Source: a virus. Taken from it: a stretch of 64,000 bases of DNA. Under the pieces are notes generated by a model. It saw only the letters and a list, made by a program, of their open reading frames with translations, made no database searches and was not told where the DNA came from. The stretch lies in the IMG/VR virus record IMGVR_UViG_3300046167_000744, positions 10,373 to 74,372 of that record. One strand, given 5' to 3'. Shown in pieces: positions 9,401 to 19,042 of the stretch. The first letter of the stretch is position 1, and every line of letters begins with the position of its first letter. The position numbers and the translations under genes are program-made.

Positions 9401-10450
9401 TCTAATGATACGGATATATCTAACATCAATACCAGCGTAGCTACTGCTGAGTCGGATATAGATGATCTTGAGACGCTGACAGCCTCTCATACATCTAGCC
9501 TCGCCTCTAACGCTAGTAGCATATCGAGTCTCTCATCTACGCAGAGTAGTCACGCTTCCACGCTCACGAGCTTGCAGAATCAGATCGACGGGAATGATAG
9601 CGATATCAGCACCAACGCAAGTAGCATCTCTTCTAATGCGAGTAACATCAGTTCAAACGATACTGATATAACTAACTTGCAATCAGAGCTAGACGCTACT
9701 CAAAGCGGAGCTGGTCTTTCTGCAGCTGGGGCCTATCAAGCTGATAGCGGAGCTAACTACATCGCTAGTGCGACTAGCCTTGCTGATGCTGATGATAAAC
9801 TCGATGCTGCTATTGCAGCTAGAGCTTCAGCTATCACTGGCTTAGACACTCGACTCTCAGCTGCTGAGTCTACAGTATCAGGTCACACTTCAACCTTATC
9901 GTCTCAAGCCTCTAGTATCAGCACCATTGAGAGTGATCTTAATACAGCTGAGAGCGCTATCGCTACACTAGAGAGCGAAATGGATGCTGTCGAATCTACT
10001 AATGTATCGCAGGCATCTACCCTCACTTCGCATGGCAGCCGTTTAACGTCCTTAGAGTCTAACGACAGCACTCAAGACAGCAGCATTACTAGCCTTGGAT
10101 CTCGTGTAACCACACTTGAAAACACCACTGGTAGTAATACAGCGATCACAGCACTTCAAGGTAGAATGACTACCGCCGAAGGTGATATAGATGATCTTGA
10201 GACTCTAACCGCCTCTCACACTACCGATATAGCTATTGCTAATGCACGGCAAGGTGGTATTTGGCATCAGGACACTAATACGGTAGTATACAAATCCAGT
10301 GGCTTCACCGTCCGACAATCTTATGGTGCCTGGGGGTATGAACCGTCTACGAATGATTTCGTATTCATCGCACCCGAAGGCGGCCCTGGTGATCGTCACT
10401 GGAATTACGAAGGATCAACTGGTTCAATCATTTTCACAGGAGTATCATAA
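6452..10450 (+). CDS. Giant coiled-coil fibre protein (1332 aa)
   Basis: N-terminal fibre motifs TTKEPGLVRLA and GAAPAALNTLQELAEAI; heptad (N)DSDI repeats interrupted by about 7 GL..DG.Y...S.SNY...A.S modules. Confidence 0.8.
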   Translation: MAILSGDDATTKEPGLVRLARVDETLAGVSESIATTPLGVASYVAQLIGAAPAALNTLQELAEAIQGDDDFYVRVQTLEATATSHGTRLTSAEGDIAVLQADLNTAESSISTLQSGVSGNDTDIAGILTRLTAAEGDIDDLEAHTHIDGGGSSTALQDEVDDIEAGVGLATDGSYASRSGSNYIDSASSIAGEIGLLDTQVKSNADAISSLQSGGSGSSANQDEVDDIESSVGLDADGNYVSRSGTNYLDSASSIVGEIGLLDAQAKISADAIASNDSDIASIQSDVSAAQSDISTNASGISSNSSAISTLNSLADSHEASIGLSSAGAYVTRSGSNYLDSASSIVGEISALDTQVKANADSAAANSSAISSNDSDIAGILTRLTTAEGEIDALEIEAHDDTQVELDATQAGAGLDADGGYTADATSNYLTSASSLKDADDKLDAQIKSNADSITSLQSSVSSTQSDLDTAESAITSLQSDVAGNDSDISGLAARMSTAEGDITQLETDVAGNDSDIATNLAAIQSNDSDITALQGRMSTAESDIDTVELSVAGKADGSLVDTIEASIGISADGTFSANSSSNYLGSASSVRGEINALDTQAKANADSIDANDTDILAILTTVSGHSTSIAANSSAISSNDSDIATNVASISTLQSEVDAAQVGAGLDSDGGYTADSSSNYLTAASSLKDADDKLDAQIKSLSDDIDAITSGTSGSASLATIQAEVNATQAGAGLDPDGDYTADSSSNYLASATSLLDADDKLDAQIKVNADAIASNDSDISALQSSVSGNDSDISSLQSSVASNSSAVSSNDSDIANLQALANTHEASIGLEADGSLAAFTNKPIIASDTSIRAAVEGIVDYVGEASISGTLSANLVTAQASISTNATNISGNDSDISALQASMSAAESDIDDLETLTVSHTSSIASNAANIASNDTDIAANLASIQSNDTDIASNLAAIQGNDSDIAGLLTRMNTAESNIGSNDTDISNINTSVATAESDIDDLETLTASHTSSLASNASSISSLSSTQSSHASTLTSLQNQIDGNDSDISTNASSISSNASNISSNDTDITNLQSELDATQSGAGLSAAGAYQADSGANYIASATSLADADDKLDAAIAARASAITGLDTRLSAAESTVSGHTSTLSSQASSISTIESDLNTAESAIATLESEMDAVESTNVSQASTLTSHGSRLTSLESNDSTQDSSITSLGSRVTTLENTTGSNTAITALQGRMTTAEGDIDDLETLTASHTTDIAIANARQGGIWHQDTNTVVYKSSGFTVRQSYGAWGYEPSTNDFVFIAPEGGPGDRHWNYEGSTGSIIFTGVS

Positions 10451-13400
10451 TGGCTTCAGTCAGACCCGAATCCAATAACACCCACACTCTAGGAACGTCT
10501 ACTTATAAGTGGGCCACCCTACATAGTGTGGATGTTCAGGCCGCTACCATCACAACATCAGGCGATGTTGAAATCGGTGGCAATCTTACCGTCAGCGGAA
10601 CTCAAACCGTTCTTGACGTAACCACCGTAAGTGTTGAAGATCCATTGCTTCAGCTCGCTAAATCCAACTCAGCTGACAGCGTTGATATCGGCTTCTATGG
10701 TCAAATCGTTGACGGGTCTACTACTGAGTATGTTGGACTCTACCGAGATGCTAGTGATGGTAAGTTTAAGTTATTTGAGAGCGCTTCAGCAGCACCTACC
10801 TCTACCGTAAGCGGTGGATCTACCGCCACTCTCGTGGCTAACGTAGAAGGTGCCGTCACTGGTAACGCCGACACTGCAACCTCTGCAGCAGCTCTTACAA
10901 CTGCACGAACTCTCAGCATCAGCGGCGACGCATCAGGCTCTGTATCCTTCGATGGATCAGCTGATGCAGATATCGCTATCACTGTAGGTTCTGGAGCTAT
11001 TGAAAACTCAATGCTCGACAATAGCTCAATCACCTTTACCGACGGATCTAACTCAGAGGCTCTTGCACTCGGTGCGACTCTTGAGATCGGCGGAACCTCT
11101 GGTGAAGTTGAAGTAGCCTACTCATCGGCAGCTAATAAGTTTACCGTAGGGCTTCCTGACGATGTTAATATCGCAGGCGACCTCGTAGTATCTGGTATTA
11201 TCTCAGGAACCGTTCAAGCTAACTCAAGCACAGCTACTAAGTTAGCTACTGCCCGTAACATCGCACTTGGTGGTGATCTTGCAGGCTCTGCTAGTTTTGA
11301 TGGGTCTGCTGACGTGAGCATCACGGCTACCATCCAGGCAGGTAGTGTCGATAACGCTATGCTCGCTAACGATGGAATTAGCCTCAAGCTAGCTGGTGTT
11401 GCTCAAGAAGATATTAACCTCGGTGATGATCTTAACTTCGCAGGGCACTAGCAACGAAGTAGAGATCGCCTATGATGCATCTACTAACTCACTTACTTTC
11501 GGACTACCTAGTAGCATTACTGCTGCGCTCGTAGGGAATGCTTCAACAGCATCCGCTTGGGCTAACGCTAGAACAATCTCACTTGGTGGGGATCTTGGCG
11601 GATCAGTAAGCATTGACGGATCAGCAGATGCGACTCTCACTGCGACTATCCAAGCTGGCTCTGTAGAAAACTCAATGCTGGACAACAGCAGCCTCACTGT
11701 TAGCGATGGATCTAATACATCAGCGGTCGCTCTTGGTGGCACGTTAACTATCGCTGGAACTGCAAATGAGGTTGCGGTAGCTCACTCTTCAGGCGTGACT
11801 ACCATCGGCCTTCCAAGTAGCATCAGTGGTCTTACTGCTGTATCTGCTGACGATTTTGTAGGCGACCTCACGGGTAAGGCTGATACAGCTGACGCTCTTG
11901 CGACTGCACGGACCCTAAGTATCTCTGGTGATGCTACAGGATCTGCTAGCTTCGATGGATCTGCAAACGCAGCTATCGCCCTAACCATTGCGGCTGGAGC
12001 GGTAGATAACGCTATGCTCGCAAATGATGGGATCGGCCTTAAGCTCGCAGGCGTAGCTCAAGAAGACATCAATCTTGGTGATGATCTTAACTTCGCTGGA
12101 ACAGCTAGTGAAGTCGATATCGCATACGCATCAGGTAGTAACACGCTTACATTCAGCCTCCCTTCAACTATCAACGCAGCGACTACCGCAAACGCAGCTA
12201 CATCATCAGCATGGGCCAGCGCTCGCACCGTATCTCTCGGTGGTGACCTCGGTGGATCAGTAAGTATTGATGGATCAGCGGATGCGACTCTCAACGCTAC
12301 TATTCAAAGCAGCTCTGTAGAAAACAGTATGCTCGCTAACTCAGGGATCACCATCCAGGACGACAACGCTCAAGCAGCCTCAGTCGCTCTCGGTGGATCT
12401 CTTCGATTCAGTGAGGTAGCTAACGAGACTACAGTCAACTTCGATTCGTCTGCTGGCTCTATCACTATCGGACTTCCTGATAACATTACAGCTGACGTAA
12501 CAGGTAATGCTGACTCTGCATCGGCTCTTGAGACTGCACGAACCATCGCACTTAGCGGTGACGTAACAGGCACAGGCTCTTTCGATGGATCAGCTAACCT
12601 CACAATAGCAACTACTTTAGCAGGTGGCACGGCGCTCACCTTCGCTGACGGTGACTCAAACTCTGAAGCTCTAGCTTTGGGATCGACTATCACCTTTGAA
12701 GGCACTAGTAATGAAGTTGATGTTGCGTATGGAGCAGGCTCCAATACATTCACTATTGGACTACCTGATACTATCGCTGCGGAACTCACAGGTAATGCAT
12801 CTACTGCAACTGCCCTGGCTACAGCTCGCACCATTGCTCTTAGTGGCGATGTTACAGGTTCGGGTTCGTTTGATGGTAGTGGCAACCTCACCATCGCTTC
12901 TACTTTGGCTGGTGGCACTGCTCTTACCTTTACTGATGGATCTAACTCAGAGGCTCTGGCTCTCGGTTCGACTCTTGAAGTCGGAGGCACCGCTAACGAG
13001 GTAGAGGTCGCATACAGCACAGCGGCTAATAAGTTTACAGTTGGTCTTCCTGATGATGTAAACATCGCAGGTGATCTCGTAGTCTCTGGAACTATTTCAG
13101 GAACCGTAGCGGCTAACTCAAGCACTGCTACTAAACTAGCTACAGCTCGCACCATCTCACTCGCTGGTGACCTTGGAGGCTCAGTGAGCTTCGATGGATC
13201 AGCTGATGTTAGCCTCACTAGCACGATCCAGGCAGGTAGCGTTGATAACTCAATGCTAGCTAATGATCATATCGGCCTTAAGCTCGGTGGTGTAGCTCAA
13301 GAGGATATCGCACTCGGTGATGATCTCGACTTTGTTGCAGGTCAGGACCTAGACGTAGCTTATAACGCTAGCACTAACGCTCTTACATTCAGCCTTGAGT

Positions 13401-15145
13401 CTGAGATTGATAGTGATACTACTGGTAACGCAGCAACCGCTTCCGCACTTGAGACCGCACGAACTCTCAGCATCACTGGTGACGCTACAGGTTCAGCTAG
13501 TTTCGATGGGTCAGCTAATGCGGCTATCGCATTGACCATCGCTGCAGGTGCTGTAGACAACGCCATGTTAGCTAATGATGGAATCAGCTTGAAGCTCGGC
13601 GGTGTTGCTCAAGAAGATATCAACCTCGGTGATGATCTTAACTTTGCAGGGACCGCTAGTGAAGTGGAGATCGCTTATGCTTCTGGAAGTAACACTCTTA
13701 CTTTCGGACTCCCTGATACTATCGCTGCAGAGCTTACAGGTAACTCAAGCACTGCTACTAAACTAGCTACAGCTAGAGCTATCTCAGTGAGTGGAGACGC
13801 TTCAGGAACCGTTAACTTCGATGGGTCAGCTGACGCAGATATCGCATTGACTATCGCTTCGGGCGCTGTCGATAACGCTATGCTTGCTAACGATGGATTT
13901 AGCCTTCTCGTGGATAGCGTGAGCCAAGAGGATATCAACCTCGGTGACTCACTCAACTTCATCAGTGGTCAAGATATTGATATCGCTTACAACACTACAT
14001 CTAACCAACTCAGTATTGCTCTTGAAGGCACTATTGATAGCGATACTACTGGTAACGCAGCGACTGCTTCAGCATGGGCAAACTCACGCACAATCAGTCT
14101 AGGCGGTGACCTTGGAGGCTCAGTTGCTCTTAACGGATCTGCTGATGCAACTCTCACGGCTACTATCCAGTCTAACTCAGTAGAAAACAGCATGCTGGCT
14201 AACAGTGGCGTAACACTAGCAGCTGACTCAGGTTCAAACGATCCTATAGCTCTTGGTGAGACACTCACTATCTCAGGAACCTCTAACGAGATCGAGACTG
14301 CTGCCGCTGGTAGTAATCAGATCACTATCGGACTTCCTAATAACGTCACTATCGGTAATAACCTCACCGTAACCAACGACTTAGCGGTATCTTCAGGTGA
14401 TCTTGAGATTACTGACGGGACACTCTCTATCCTCGGTGGTGGAGCTACTATCAACGGAACCGTAGCGATCAACGGAACGCATACCATCAACGGTAGCCTT
14501 ATCGCTAACTCTGCAACTATGAAGTTTGAAGACAGCCTCCTTGAGCTAGGTTACACTAACTCAAGCGTTGTCGATCACGGTTTCTTCAGCAAGCATAGCG
14601 ACGGCGATTACGTCGGTGTAGCTTATGATCAGTCAGCTGCTGAGTTTGCGATGTTCAAGACAGGCACCAAGCCTGGAGCGACAGTAGACACTGGTGCTGG
14701 TGATTATGAGCTTGCTGATATGCGAGCGAAGAACATTGCTGCTAACGGTAGCTTGCTCGTGAGCGGTTCCGTTATCAACAACTCTTCAAAGGGTATGTTC
14801 GAGAAGCTCAGCTTCGCCTCTGTTACTGGAGCTAACACCACTCTATCAGGCTCTCAGATGGTCGGTGGTGTGATTCTTCGTGATGCGAGCAACGATGAGA
14901 CTGATGCAACCGCTACAGCGGCTCAGATCGTAGCTGCGATGCCTAGCTCTGCTAGACTTGCAGATATGACTTTCGTGATGCGCTTCATCGTCTCAGGAAC
15001 TAGCGCTGGATATAGCTTCACAGCTGGATCTGGTGTGACTATTGTTGGAGGGTCTTCTTACATGACAGACAAGACTCACTCGTATCTCGTGCGTGTTACT
15101 AACGCTACGGGATCTAGTGAAGCGGTCACCATGTATAAGCTCTAA
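10450..15145 (+). CDS. Giant repetitive fibre protein (about 1560 aa), split by one extra base near 11443
   Basis: About 11 repeats of ATARTIxLxGDxxGSxSFDGSAD; ORFs 10450-11451 and 11396-15145 join at NFAG/TSNEV, which matches intact repeats near 12090 and 13640. Confidence 0.8.
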
Positions 15146-15312
15146 GATGATAACCAGGTAGCTATGGTGTTATACTACTTAAATCATACAGGCTGGTGGC
15201 AGCATTATTGAAGATGCACAGTCAGCCCTACCGAACTCCGTGTATTGATACTTCGTAGCTGGGGGTGATACTCTTAGTCTTTTAAACCCACGCTAGATAG
15301 TTAGGATTTATT

Positions 15313-15633
15313 ATGGATAAGATTATCGCCATTGTTACCAGGCATAAGGTGCAGTTGAAATGGACTGTTGTCGGAGTCCTGGCCGTCCTTATCGCCTACT
15401 ACTCTGTAGAGGCTCTCATGGGCCTCGTAGCTATTCTATTCGGCAGCCAGGTGCATACGTCGAAGAAACAGCAAGCTGAGCATAGAGAGCGCATTAAAGA
15501 CGTTGTAGAGCAACAACAGGAAGCTCAAGAAGATCTAGAGGCTATCCGTAAATCTCAAGTAGAGGCTGTAACTAAAGCAAAAGCTAAGGCAGCCTCAAGA
15601 GTTGACGACTTTATTGACGGAGATTGGCCATGA
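15313..15633 (+). CDS. Membrane protein with coiled-coil tail (i-spanin/holin-like)
   Basis: Hydrophobic N-terminus followed by a charged helix; overlaps the next gene. Confidence 0.5.
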   Translation: MDKIIAIVTRHKVQLKWTVVGVLAVLIAYYSVEALMGLVAILFGSQVHTSKKQQAEHRERIKDVVEQQQEAQEDLEAIRKSQVEAVTKAKAKAASRVDDFIDGDWP

Positions 15634-16046
15634 TCAAAGCTATACTCCTATCGCTACCTATCATCTTCTCTACCTCAGTAGGTCTATGGATCAATACTGA
15701 CGGGTCCGAGAAGATGGTGCCTTGCCCTGAGTCTTTTGATACGGACCGCCTACGATTACCTCAAGGCTGCTCAGCCTACGAACCAGGTGTATGGTTAAGC
15801 GTGGATCGTTATCGAGAGATGGATATCGAGTTGCAGACTTTAGAGACTCAGCTCGCCGCCAAGGATGAGGAGATCAAGCATCTTGAGGCTAGAACTAATC
15901 AGCTTCAAGGACAACTTATCCTCTGCACCGCAGTTCCTGAGTGTCCTGCGTGTCCAGACAACTTTCTCAAATACACCGCCACAGGCGCTGCTCTAGGCTC
16001 TGTTATTTCACTGGGAGGATGCGCCGCATGGAATCTATCACAATAA
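15630..16046 (+). CDS. Exported Cys-rich coiled-coil protein (spanin-like candidate)
   Basis: Signal-peptide-like N-terminus, coiled coil, CPAC, hydrophobic C-terminus. Confidence 0.45.
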   Translation: MIKAILLSLPIIFSTSVGLWINTDGSEKMVPCPESFDTDRLRLPQGCSAYEPGVWLSVDRYREMDIELQTLETQLAAKDEEIKHLEARTNQLQGQLILCTAVPECPACPDNFLKYTATGAALGSVISLGGCAAWNLSQ

Positions 16047-16300
16047 ACGCATTAGCTGGAGGGGCCGCTATCATAGGCTTCCTCTATACCTACATTAAGG
16101 ACCGTTACGAAAACGGTAAGATCATAGGTAAGCTAGAAGAGCGTGTAGCTAATCTCGAAAGAGGTAATGAAATACTTGATCAACTCACGAATACGCTCAC
16201 TGAGACTCGTTTGGCAGTTGCTAGGTTGGAGCAAAAAGTGGATAGTATCTCTACTTGGGTGCAGCAACAGCAGCAGCAAACACCATTACGCAGAGAATAG
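16028..16300 (+). CDS. Small TM plus coiled-coil protein (holin/XhlA-like)
   Basis: MESITINALAGGAAIIGFLY TM followed by LEERVANLE coiled coil; GGAGG RBS supports a start at 16028. Confidence 0.5.
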   Translation: MESITINALAGGAAIIGFLYTYIKDRYENGKIIGKLEERVANLERGNEILDQLTNTLTETRLAVARLEQKVDSISTWVQQQQQQTPLRRE

Positions 16301-16310
16301 GAGCGGATAT

Positions 16311-17006
16311 ATGGATTCGTCAGTTGACTTATATAATGATGGTATTGGAATCGTCACTCTCATTGATTACATGGGAGATGATAAACGAGCGCTACATGCG
16401 GCTCGTGTCTCTTTCTTAAGAGACGAAGATCTATTAGTAGACGACGGTGAGCGTCTCGATCCTAAAGATAAGAAGTTAGCTAAGTTCTTATTGAAGCATC
16501 AGCACACCTCACCATTTGAGCATAGCTCACTTAGTTTTAGAATTAAGGTGCCTCTATTCATTCGTAGCCAAATAATGCGTCACCGCACGTTCAGCTATAA
16601 TGAGGTGAGTCGCAGGTATACAGATTCGTGTATCGAGTTCCATATACCTAAAGAGCTACGCAAACAGTCTGAGAAGAATCTACAATGCAGCGTAGATGAG
16701 GTTGTGTTTAATAATGATAAGCTGGTTAAGGCTATGCGTAACCAGGCTGATTCTGCATTTAAAACCTATCAGATGTTTCTCGACTGTGGAGTATGCAGAG
16801 AGCAGGCTCGTGCAGTCCTACCTCAGAATATGTATACGACTTTCTATATGACAGGTAACCTCCTCAACTGGATCAAGTTTTTGAAGTTACGGTTAGACGA
16901 ACACGCTCAGCCAGAGGTGCAGGAGCTGGGAGTAGCTATTCTATCTATGATGGAAGAGGTATTCCCTGACACTGTAGCTATCTTGAAGGAGCTAGATATA
17001 CTATGA
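16311..17006 (+). CDS. thyX: FAD-dependent thymidylate synthase
   Basis: HTSPFEH, RHRTFSYNEVSRRY, REQARAVLP, HAQPEV; AGGAG RBS before 16311. Confidence 0.97.
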   Translation: MDSSVDLYNDGIGIVTLIDYMGDDKRALHAARVSFLRDEDLLVDDGERLDPKDKKLAKFLLKHQHTSPFEHSSLSFRIKVPLFIRSQIMRHRTFSYNEVSRRYTDSCIEFHIPKELRKQSEKNLQCSVDEVVFNNDKLVKAMRNQADSAFKTYQMFLDCGVCREQARAVLPQNMYTTFYMTGNLLNWIKFLKLRLDEHAQPEVQELGVAILSMMEEVFPDTVAILKELDIL

Positions 17007-17548
17007 AGATCAAGCACTTAGCTCATCGCATCAAGACCTGCTTATCACTAGCCTCCCTTTCACCCTGTAAGCGGCGGCAGTTCGGCTGCGTGGTTATAGA
17101 CCCTATCGCTAATATTATACTTAGTGAGGGATATAACGGCAGCCTTCGTGGATCGACTCAGTTATGCGGTGGATCTAAGTGTGATCGAGAGGGGTTGAAG
17201 CCAGGCACTACTTATGAGGTAGGCTGTGTCCATGCCGAGCAGAACGCTGTATATAATGCAGCTCGTATCGGTAACTCGCTAGTAGGTTCCTGGTTTATCA
17301 TAAATGGTGAGCCTTGCAGCTTATGCGCTAAAGCAATCGTTCAGGTAGGTGCTACAAAGGTTATTTGTGTATCGGGAGTGTTCGGACAACTAGACGGCGT
17401 TGAGATACTTCAAGACGCTGGAGTAGAGGTTGTTTTAGTAGAGCCTGATATGAGTGGTCTAGAGCTAGCTCTGCATCAGCCTATGCGATTACCTCGTGTC
17501 CGTGAGCAGAAAATACCTAGCAGTCCCTTTTCTAAGCAGACTACCTAA
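17003..17548 (+). CDS. dCMP deaminase
   Basis: SPCKRRQFGCV, GYNG, HAEQNA, PCSLC zinc motifs. Confidence 0.92.
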   Translation: MKIKHLAHRIKTCLSLASLSPCKRRQFGCVVIDPIANIILSEGYNGSLRGSTQLCGGSKCDREGLKPGTTYEVGCVHAEQNAVYNAARIGNSLVGSWFIINGEPCSLCAKAIVQVGATKVICVSGVFGQLDGVEILQDAGVEVVLVEPDMSGLELALHQPMRLPRVREQKIPSSPFSKQTT

Positions 17549-17606
17549 ACTACTGAGGTTATGGTAGTATACAACTACACCCTATATATCTTAACGAGGC
17601 TTTAAC

Positions 17607-19040
17607 ATGAACATTTTTGAACGTATAAGCGGCTACTTCGGTAAGTCGGTTACTATGGATTCCGCCGAAGAGCTAATCAAGGCACTACCGCCACCAACAG
17701 GTCCCATACCAGAGGCTAACGCTGTTCAGATAAACCCTGTAGACGTAGCTAACGCCTTCATGTTGGAAGATAGCGTTGCAGGGGCCGAGTCGCATAGAGG
17801 TCTAGATTACGATCAGTTGCGAGCTATGTCAGCGGTGCCTATGATAGCCTCTATCATTCAGACCAGGATCAATCAGATCGCTGAGTTTGCTAAACCCTCT
17901 CAGGACGGTGCTGATATAGGCTTTCAGGTTCGACTAAAAGATCGAAGCGAGGTTCCTACTGAGGCGGATCTTGATACTATCCAGGACTTCTATACCTTTA
18001 TGTTATCGTGCGGTGACAACCGTATAGATTATGAGAGCAGCTTCGAGGCTTTCTTGCGTATGCTGATACGGGATAGCCTTATGTTTGACCAGGCCTGCTT
18101 TGAAGTTATTAGAAGTAGGAACGGTCAAGTATCAGGATTTATGAATGTAGACAGCGGCACGATCCGTAGATCTAGAATGTCTGAGGCTGAGAAGAAGACT
18201 GGTAAACGTGATCCCGAAGGCACTCACTTTGTCCAGGTAGTCGGTAATAAGGTCCGAGCTGAGTTTGGAGCGAAGGATTTATGCTTCGGTATACGTAGGC
18301 CTAGATCAGAGCTTAAGTATCGAGGATACGGCTTTCCTGAGCTGCAAGAATGTATAGGTATTCTCACTAACCTACTTAACGCTGAAGTTTACAACGCTAG
18401 TAACTTTACGAATGGTATATCTGTATCGGGTATAGTCGCAGTTAAGACTAAGATGAATCCGCAGCTGTTCAGAGCCTTCCGTAGAGAGTTCTACTCTATG
18501 CTTAGCGGTAGCCATAACTCTAAACGCACTCCATTGATACAACTCGATCCCGATAGCAACGAAGACCTCAAGGCTCTTAATCTATCTCAGAGTAACGCTG
18601 AGATGGAGTTTGAAAAATGGATGAACTATAACATTAAGCAGCTCTGCGCTATCTTCCAGATTGACCCGATGGAAGTCGGTTTTAACTTTGGTGAGACAGG
18701 TAAGACCCATAGCTTAAATCAACAAGATCCTAGCGCTAAGGTATTGATGAGTAAAGAGAAGGGACTACGGCCTTTATTAAGAGCTGTCGAGTCCTGGATT
18801 AATAAATACATCATTACCGAGTTAGATGATCGCTTTGAGTTGATATTTACAGGGATGGATATCACTCCACCTGAGCGCCAGCTTGAGATGGACGTGAAGA
18901 AAGTGGCTGCATTTATGACCGTAAATGAGCTGCGAGCCATGTATGATATGGAGCCTCTACCTGGAGGTGATATTATTCTTAACCAGGTCGCCGCTGTCAC
19001 AATGCCAGGTGCGGCACCTACCTGTAGTGGAGGAGCCTAA
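17607..19040 (+). CDS. Portal protein
   Basis: IIQTRINQI, GYGFPEL, MEFEKW, IDPMEVGF, SKEKGLRPLL, MTVNELRA resemble SPO1/Twort-type portals; the C-terminus may contain an extra base. Confidence 0.9.
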   Translation: MNIFERISGYFGKSVTMDSAEELIKALPPPTGPIPEANAVQINPVDVANAFMLEDSVAGAESHRGLDYDQLRAMSAVPMIASIIQTRINQIAEFAKPSQDGADIGFQVRLKDRSEVPTEADLDTIQDFYTFMLSCGDNRIDYESSFEAFLRMLIRDSLMFDQACFEVIRSRNGQVSGFMNVDSGTIRRSRMSEAEKKTGKRDPEGTHFVQVVGNKVRAEFGAKDLCFGIRRPRSELKYRGYGFPELQECIGILTNLLNAEVYNASNFTNGISVSGIVAVKTKMNPQLFRAFRREFYSMLSGSHNSKRTPLIQLDPDSNEDLKALNLSQSNAEMEFEKWMNYNIKQLCAIFQIDPMEVGFNFGETGKTHSLNQQDPSAKVLMSKEKGLRPLLRAVESWINKYIITELDDRFELIFTGMDITPPERQLEMDVKKVAAFMTVNELRAMYDMEPLPGGDIILNQVAAVTMPGAAPTCSGGA

Positions 19041-19042
19041 AG

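Noticed and set aside
6664-14268. Many minus-strand and alternate-frame ORFs inside the fibre genes (e.g. 12370-13224)
   Set aside because: Shadow ORFs produced by repetitive Ser/Ala/Thr/Gly codons; no RBS or recognisable motifs.
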